A DNA stretch of 12,806 bases from NCBI GenBank assembly GCA_003135555.1, contig PLCF01000097.1, positions 1 to 12,806 of the forward strand, given 5' to 3'. Under the pieces are notes generated by a model. The model searched no databases. It saw only the letters and a program-made list of their open reading frames with translations, and was not told where the DNA came from. Of the stretch, positions 7,670-12,806 are shown in pieces. Positions within the stretch are counted from its first letter, which is position 1; each line of letters begins with the position of its first letter. This DNA is from Vulcanimicrobiota bacterium. GTDB lineage: Bacteria; Vulcanimicrobiota; Vulcanimicrobiia; Vulcanimicrobiales; Vulcanimicrobiaceae. The translations under genes were made by a program, and so were the position numbers.

Positions 7670-7727
7670 TCACGCTCTCGTTCCGGCGCGAGGCCCACAA
7701 TCGCCTCCCCGAGCTACGTGGGGCGGG

Positions 7728-8219
7728 TCAGCTCGCTTTCGGCTTCTGCTCGATGCGCGTTGCGGTGAGGCGTTCGACGTCGCGGGTCGACAGCACGTGC
7801 TGCGCGCGCACGCGATGGCGGTCGGCCCACGGCTTCCAGGCGCCTTCACCGGCGACGAACCACGAGTCGAACGCGCCGCGCATCTCGATTCCGGCCGAGG
7901 TCGACTCGATCAGCACCGTCTGGGGCCGTAGCCCGCGCACGGCGCGCAGACCCGCGGCGAGACCGCCGCGGACGTCGGGGCGATGTACCGTCACCCACAC
8001 GACGTGGGTCGCGCCGGCGGCCAGCAAACGGTCGGTGTCGTGACGGTGCTCGGCGGCCGTATCCGGGGTGAGAACCAGCACGCGCAAGTCGCACGGCTTC
8101 TCACGCACGCTGACCTTCATCGCGACCTTCGCAATCGCCGGCTCGGCGCGCAAGAGATGCTCCGCCAGGGTCGTTTTCCCAACGTTGGAAGCGCTTCCGC
8201 CGACGACGACGATCCGCAC
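7728..8219 (-). CDS. Small P-loop NTPase, MobB-like (molybdopterin-guanine dinucleotide biosynthesis B-related), 163 aa
   Basis: Start GTG 8219 (MRIVVVGGSASNVGKTTLAEHLL). Downstream K-containing strand (VAMKVS), DTDRLLAAGA (compare MobB DT-x-R-x-x-x-AGA) and Walker-B-like VLIES. It directly follows the FDH membrane subunit gene. Confidence 0.7.
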   Translation of the reverse strand: MRIVVVGGSASNVGKTTLAEHLLRAEPAIAKVAMKVSVREKPCDLRVLVLTPDTAAEHRHDTDRLLAAGATHVVWVTVHRPDVRGGLAAGLRAVRGLRPQTVLIESTSAGIEMRGAFDSWFVAGEGAWKPWADRHRVRAQHVLSTRDVERLTATRIEQKPKAS

Positions 8220-8239
8220 GGCGGCGCCGGTCCCCGAAA

Positions 8240-9133
8240 CTAGGTCTGGGCGCTGAAGATGACGATGTACCGCATGATCAACACGCCCGCCAGCACCACG
8301 ATCGCCGACAGCGAGCCCATCCCGGTGGCCGTGCCGGTGGTGACGACGCTGCCCGCGCCGGCGAGCTGCAAGCGCCGCCCGCCGACGAAGCCGCGGAACG
8401 CCGGCAGCAGGCTGATCAACACCAGGATCCACAGTACCAGCCACAGCCCCGAGAACATCTTGCCGGCTGCTCCAGCTTGCGAGAGCGTCAGGAAGAAGAT
8501 GACGATCATCAGCAGCTCGAGCACCGCGAAGTATCCGTCGGCGACTTGCAACCGAGGTTCGGTCCACTCGGCGCCGGCTCGAGACCGCGCGAGTAGCGTC
8601 AGCAGCGCGGCGGAACCGCTCAGTGCTGAGGCGACGAATAGCCCGCCGATCGCCCAGCTGTCGCTCCAGATCGGCTGATTGGAGACGCTCAACACGACGC
8701 CGGTGTACGAGCACAGGAACAGCGCCACGAGCGAGCCGAGGATCTCCACGACGCTGTTGCCGCGGCCCAACTTGCCCAGCGACTGCAGAAACGCCAGGAA
8801 CGAGAACAAGCCGAAGATCAGCAGCCCCCAGGTGCCCAGCGAGATCGGCGACCAGGGCTTGAAGTTGAGTCCCGTATTACCGGGCGTCGTGTTGATCATC
8901 ATGTGCCAGAAGCGCAGCGGCTGGCCGAGGTCGATCGTGAGCAGGATCCCGCACACGACGACCAACGGAAACGCGATCAGGAACGCCGCCCGCGCCGCGC
9001 CTTCGTCGCGCGCGCCGCCCCACAGGCGCAGCATCGTGGCCAACACGTACAGACCGCCGGCAAGCCCGGCACAGAAGAAATACCCGACGATGTACCAGCC
9101 CCAGTTCGGGGGCTGCACGAAGTGCTCGGCCAT
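8240..9133 (-). CDS. NrfD/PsrC-family molybdoenzyme membrane anchor subunit, about 297 aa
   Basis: W-x-W-x-I-x-x-YFF-x-AGLAGG, L-x-IDLGQPLRFWHM, SPISLGTWGL, YTGVVLS-x-x-x-QPIW and F-x-ASALSG, with about 8 hydrophobic segments. ATG at 9133 overlaps the beta-subunit stop (TGATG); GTG 9136 is an alternative start. Confidence 0.92.
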   Translation of the reverse strand: MAEHFVQPPNWGWYIVGYFFCAGLAGGLYVLATMLRLWGGARDEGAARAAFLIAFPLVVVCGILLTIDLGQPLRFWHMMINTTPGNTGLNFKPWSPISLGTWGLLIFGLFSFLAFLQSLGKLGRGNSVVEILGSLVALFLCSYTGVVLSVSNQPIWSDSWAIGGLFVASALSGSAALLTLLARSRAGAEWTEPRLQVADGYFAVLELLMIVIFFLTLSQAGAAGKMFSGLWLVLWILVLISLLPAFRGFVGGRRLQLAGAGSVVTTGTATGMGSLSAIVVLAGVLIMRYIVIFSAQT

Positions 9134-9960
9134 CACGGCGCACCCGCCGGCGGTACTGCCGCATCGCCCGCGGCCGGTTCACCCGGAGCACGGCGCCGGA
9201 AAGCGATCAATCCGGCGAACACTCCGACGGCGGCGGTGACGAGCGAGCCCAGGTATCCGGGCCGGTTGTTGCGCCGCGGCAAGACCGCGTTCTCCTTGTT
9301 CGGCAAACCGTAGACTTCGGGCTTGTTCATCAGCAGAAAGAACGCGCCCAGGCCGCCGTAGATCGAGTCGTCGCGGCCGTAGAGGTTGGCATTGTCGTAG
9401 CCCTGCGACTTGAGCGCCGCCAGACGCGCGTCGGCCTTTTTGTGCAGCTCGGTGAGCGTGCCGTACTGGATCGACTGCGTCGGGCAGGCCTTGGCGCAAG
9501 CCGGCTGCATGCCGCCCTGCAGGCGGTCATAGCACAGCGTGCACTTGTGCGCGGCGCCGGTGATCGCGCTGAAGCCGATCGCGCCGAAGGGGCAGGCCGA
9601 GATGCAGTCGCGACAGCCGTTGCAGACATCTTGCTGGATGACGACGGTGTCGAACTCGGTGCGCACGATCGCGTCGGTCGGGCACACCTCCATGCAGCTC
9701 GCGTTCTTGCAGTGCTTGCAGACGTCCGACAGCATGAGCCAGGCATTGCCGTTGCCGACGACCGTGGGCGCGTCGGGGACCAGATCGACGAACTTGACGT
9801 GGCGCCAGTTCTCGGCGTCGAGCTGCCCCGTGTTGTCGAAGCCGTCGCCGAACTTCGGCGGGTTGCCGGGGAGCTGATTCCACTCCTTGCAGGCCACCTC
9901 GCACGCTTTGCAGCCGATGCAGATGCTCGAATCGGTAAAGAATCCGACGGGTTCCGCCAT
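9133..9960 (-). CDS. fdnH: Formate dehydrogenase iron-sulfur (beta) subunit, FdnH/FdoH-like, 275 aa
   Basis: Four cluster motifs: CIGCKACEVAC(KEWN), CKHCKNASCMEVCP, CNGCRDCISACPF and CTLCYDRL...PACAKACPT. Also PEVYGLP and a C-terminal TM helix (LGSLVTAAVGVFAGLIAF-RRR). Confidence 0.92.
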   Translation of the reverse strand: MAEPVGFFTDSSICIGCKACEVACKEWNQLPGNPPKFGDGFDNTGQLDAENWRHVKFVDLVPDAPTVVGNGNAWLMLSDVCKHCKNASCMEVCPTDAIVRTEFDTVVIQQDVCNGCRDCISACPFGAIGFSAITGAAHKCTLCYDRLQGGMQPACAKACPTQSIQYGTLTELHKKADARLAALKSQGYDNANLYGRDDSIYGGLGAFFLLMNKPEVYGLPNKENAVLPRRNNRPGYLGSLVTAAVGVFAGLIAFRRRAPGEPAAGDAAVPPAGAP

Positions 9961-9963
9961 CTC

Positions 9964-10830
9964 TTAAATCCCCATGAGGTTGGGCACGAGCTTGGTGAGG
10001 CCGCGTTCTCTGGCGTACAGGTCGAGCGGGATCGCGGCGATCTCGTCGACGAGCGGAACCGCCCGCGGGTCGCGATCGAGGTCGACGGTCAACACGTAGT
10101 GCGAACAGGTCTTGCAACCATCGATGCGTAGGTGCGGAAATTGCGCGGTCGTGGCCGGCGCGGACCGGCCCGCTCCGGGCTTGATGACCGCGCCGGTAAG
10201 TTCGGCTTGCGTCGTTCCGACTTCGCCGTGCACGACGAGCTTCGCCGTGTCGTTCTCGCCGCAGACCGCGCACGTCATTCGCGGATACGCCCAAGCCGTC
10301 GCACAACGCGAACATTCCAAATATCGATGGGCCGTAACCAAGTCCTCCGGCGAGGACGCGAAGAAGCTGAGTTGCGGAAGCCCCGCGCACGTCGGACAAT
10401 GCCGTTCGTCGCGCGGGCCCGCGCACGCAGCTCCCGCCGCGGCCCCTAGGGCCTCCAATACCGGACCAGCCGCGGAGCGGGCCAGGTAGCGCGCGACGCC
10501 GTCGAGCTCGCCGCCGCGCAGCCATTCTCGGACGAACTTCGAGACGTCGATTTCGTGAAAGCGCTCGAGCACGGCCGCGGCCAGCGCGGGCGGTCCGCTC
10601 CCGACGCTCACCTCGATGACGCGTGGCGCCACGCGCTCGGCGATGTAGGCGCTCACTTCCTCGGGCGGCGGCGCGTTCTCGCAGGCTGCGGCGTACGCGC
10701 GCTCCTGCACGTCGAGCAACCGGCCGTAGAACGTCAGAACCTCGGCCGCGAACGGCCAACGCTCCTTCAGCTGTTCGGCGCGTTGCCGGCGCTTGGACCA
10801 CCGGTCCGTCTCGAGGAGGACCTGCGCCAT
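9964..10830 (-). CDS. fdhE: Formate dehydrogenase maturation protein FdhE, 288 aa
   Basis: Four CxxC motifs (CPTC, RYLECSRCATAW, R-x-x-CAVCGE, CKTC-x-x-Y) and C-terminal PLVDEIAAIPLDL-x-A-x-ERG...PNL. ATG at 10830 overlaps the alpha-subunit stop (TGATG). Confidence 0.92.
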   Translation of the reverse strand: MAQVLLETDRWSKRRQRAEQLKERWPFAAEVLTFYGRLLDVQERAYAAACENAPPPEEVSAYIAERVAPRVIEVSVGSGPPALAAAVLERFHEIDVSKFVREWLRGGELDGVARYLARSAAGPVLEALGAAAGAACAGPRDERHCPTCAGLPQLSFFASSPEDLVTAHRYLECSRCATAWAYPRMTCAVCGENDTAKLVVHGEVGTTQAELTGAVIKPGAGRSAPATTAQFPHLRIDGCKTCSHYVLTVDLDRDPRAVPLVDEIAAIPLDLYARERGLTKLVPNLMGI

Positions 10831-12806
10831 CACATCTTCTCGATGGCGACCAAGAAGGCTTTGGTTTCCGGCGTCCGCGCGCTCGCGTCCCCGACGAACG
10901 GCGTCAACGCGTTGACGAGCCAAAGCATCGATCGTTCCGGGTGCAAGTCGGCGGCGACGCCGACGAACCCCCAGTGGATCGGAATGCCGACTTGCCACGC
11001 CTTCTTGTCACCGAGATCGAGCTGCCCGACGCGATTCGTAACGACGGCACGAACTTCCATCTTGCCGCGTTTGGAGCTGACGCGCACCATGTCGCCGGTC
11101 TTGATGTTCTTCTCTTTCGCCAAGCCCGTCGGCATCTCGACGAACGGCTCCGGTGCGAGCTGCACGAGATGCGGCACTTGCTGGGTGAGGAAGTGCTCGT
11201 GCTCGGTGAGCCGGTACGTCGTCGCAATGATCGGATATTCGTCGGGCGTCCCGAAGCGATTCTCGCGGCCGGCGGCTTTGTCGTACAGAAACGCCACCGG
11301 CGAAGCGGAGTTGTCCGGATGCAACGCATTCTTGACCGGAGACTCCATCGGTTCGTAGTGCTCCGGAAACGGGCCGTCCGCCATTGTACTCGAGAACAGA
11401 CGCCCGCCGCCCTCGCCGTTCATGATGAACGGCATCCACGCTTTCGCATCCTTCGGGTTCATCTTGGGCGGATAGTCCGGCACGTCGCCGACCCACTTGG
11501 AGCCGTTCCACGCGATCCCGGGCCGCTTCGGGTCCCAGGGCTTGCCGTCGAGGTCGGCCGACGCCCGGTTGTACATCACGCGCCGGTTCAGCGGCCAGCT
11601 CCAGGCCCAATTGGGGTAGAAGCCCATCCCGGTCGGGTCGTTCTTGGCCGGATCTTGGACGCCGTCACGGCGTTTGGAGAGGTTCCCCTTTTCCGTGTAA
11701 CTGCCGGTGTAGATCCAGTCCCCGGCAGTCGTGGTCCCGTCGTCGGCGAGCTTCGCAAACGTCGCCATCTGCTTCCCGCTCTTCAAGTCTTTTCCGTTGA
11801 TCTCTCTTGCGATCTCGTCGAGCAGCGGCTTGTGCGGATCCTTGTAGTCCATCGTCAGATGCATGATCGGATCGGCGAACTTTCCACCGTTCTTCTGATA
11901 CAGCGCTTTGACTCGCTGGAAGAGCTCGGCGGTAATCCAATGATCGTGACGCGCTCCGCCTTGTGGCGGGATAACTTGATCCTTCCATTGCATCCAGCGG
12001 CCGCTGTTGACGAAGGAACCGTCTTTCTCGATCCAGTGCGTCGTTGGAAGCATGAAGACTTCCGTTTGGACCGAGGCCGGCGTCATTCCGGGCCCGTGCC
12101 AGAATTCGGAACTCGTCGTCGGGAACGGGTCCATGACGACGAGCCATTTGAGCTTCGCAAGCGCCTGCAGAACCTGGTTGGAATCAGGCCCGATGCTGGT
12201 CGCCGTCATGCCCGAGAGCATGAGCCCTTGCATTTTCCCTTGCAGCGCTCGGTCGAAGATCGTCATCCACGACGAATTGCCCAACGGCTTCGGGATGTAG
12301 CTGAACGCGAAGTCGTTGTCCTTGGTCGCGGCGCTCCCGTACCACGTCTTGAGCAGGCTGACCAAGAACTTCTTGTAGTTCGTTCCAAAGAAGTTCCAGG
12401 AGTTCGGATCGGACTTCTTCGGCGCGCTCTTGGTAACGTAGTCGTCGATGTTCTTCTGACCGGGCTGGGGGATCTTGAGGTAACCCGGCAGGATCTCCCA
12501 CGATATCGCGTGGTCCGTGTTGCCCTGGATGTTGGCGTGTCCGCGTTCCGCGTTCATCCCGCCACCCGGACGTCCCATGTTTCCGAGCAACAACTGCAAG
12601 ACAGCGCCGGACCGAATGAGTTGGCCGCCGGTCGTGTGCTGCGTGAGCCCGACCGCGTAGACGATCGTCATCACCTTGTCCGGGCGACCCATCTCGCCGA
12701 CGAGCTCAGCGACTTTCAGGAAGGCATCCTTTGGGATGCCCGTGATCGTCGAAACCATCTCGGGCGTATAGCGCGAATAGTGCTTCTTCAGGAGCTGGAA
12801 GACGCA
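10830..12806 (-). CDS. fdnG: Formate dehydrogenase-N/O-type catalytic alpha subunit (bis-MGD Mo/W, DMSO reductase family), 3' part; runs off the right edge
   Basis: The frame is open to the window edge (CVFQLLKKHYSRYTPEMV...). FdnG-type motifs: TQHT-x-G-x-Q-x-IR...LQLLLGNMG-x-PGGG-x-NA-x-RGH-x-NIQG, EKDGSFVNSGRW-x-QW, WAWSWPLNRRVMYNRASAD, GPFPEHYEP-x-ESP, TTYRLTEH, GIPIHWG and LTPFVGDA-x-x-x-TPE-x-KAFLV. Confidence 0.95.
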   Translation of the reverse strand, partial: CVFQLLKKHYSRYTPEMVSTITGIPKDAFLKVAELVGEMGRPDKVMTIVYAVGLTQHTTGGQLIRSGAVLQLLLGNMGRPGGGMNAERGHANIQGNTDHAISWEILPGYLKIPQPGQKNIDDYVTKSAPKKSDPNSWNFFGTNYKKFLVSLLKTWYGSAATKDNDFAFSYIPKPLGNSSWMTIFDRALQGKMQGLMLSGMTATSIGPDSNQVLQALAKLKWLVVMDPFPTTSSEFWHGPGMTPASVQTEVFMLPTTHWIEKDGSFVNSGRWMQWKDQVIPPQGGARHDHWITAELFQRVKALYQKNGGKFADPIMHLTMDYKDPHKPLLDEIAREINGKDLKSGKQMATFAKLADDGTTTAGDWIYTGSYTEKGNLSKRRDGVQDPAKNDPTGMGFYPNWAWSWPLNRRVMYNRASADLDGKPWDPKRPGIAWNGSKWVGDVPDYPPKMNPKDAKAWMPFIMNGEGGGRLFSSTMADGPFPEHYEPMESPVKNALHPDNSASPVAFLYDKAAGRENRFGTPDEYPIIATTYRLTEHEHFLTQQVPHLVQLAPEPFVEMPTGLAKEKNIKTGDMVRVSSKRGKMEVRAVVTNRVGQLDLGDKKAWQVGIPIHWGFVGVAADLHPERSMLWLVNALTPFVGDASARTPETKAFLVAIEKM

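Noticed and set aside
7728..8714. 328-aa ORF start at 8714 for the P-loop protein
   Set aside because: The N-terminal half is an off-frame read of the NrfD gene. The P-loop domain begins at GTG 8219.
10830..10998. Extended fdhE N-terminus from 10998
   Set aside because: It overlaps the conserved C-terminus of the alpha subunit. ATG 10830 with a TGATG overlap is the parsimonious start.
10830..12806. Lower GC in the FDH alpha gene as evidence of horizontal transfer; Sec codon/SECIS
   Set aside because: The lower GC is largely explained by a Lys/Asn/Phe/Trp-rich protein. The Cys/Sec ligand region is upstream of the window, and there is no in-frame TGA in the visible part.
1..12806. CRISPR arrays, tRNA/rRNA, long tandem repeats, defence systems (including MoxR+VWA as a defence module)
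   Set aside because: All intergenic gaps are under 90 bp with no repeat-spacer pattern. The MoxR/VWA pair has CoxD/CoxE-specific motifs and context.

Overview
This is a high-GC bacterial window that is almost entirely coding, with two molybdoenzyme loci. On the left is a xanthine-oxidase/aerobic CO-dehydrogenase-family locus. Its coxS-like 2Fe-2S subunit and the 5' part of a coxL-like Mo subunit lie on the minus strand in S-L order (form II-like). Divergent from them is a tightly overlapped accessory operon: MoxR AAA+ coxD, VWA coxE, a split XdhC/CoxF pair and SRPBCC coxG. On the right, on the minus strand, is a formate-dehydrogenase-N/O-like operon: fdnG/fdoG-like alpha subunit (3' part), fdhE, 4x[4Fe-4S] beta subunit, NrfD/PsrC-type membrane anchor and a small MobB-like P-loop protein. 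A YncE/YVTN beta-propeller lipoprotein gene follows in the same orientation. Between the two loci are a VOC/PhnB-family gene and an orphan secreted protein with atypical codon usage. I found no RNA genes, CRISPR arrays or mobile elements. The most notable points are the non-canonical FDH module (fdhE inside the structural genes, NrfD instead of cytochrome b FdnI, an atypical MobB-like NTPase, and substitutions beside the catalytic Arg) and the orphan exported protein. All family calls rest on motif recognition by eye; no database searches were run.
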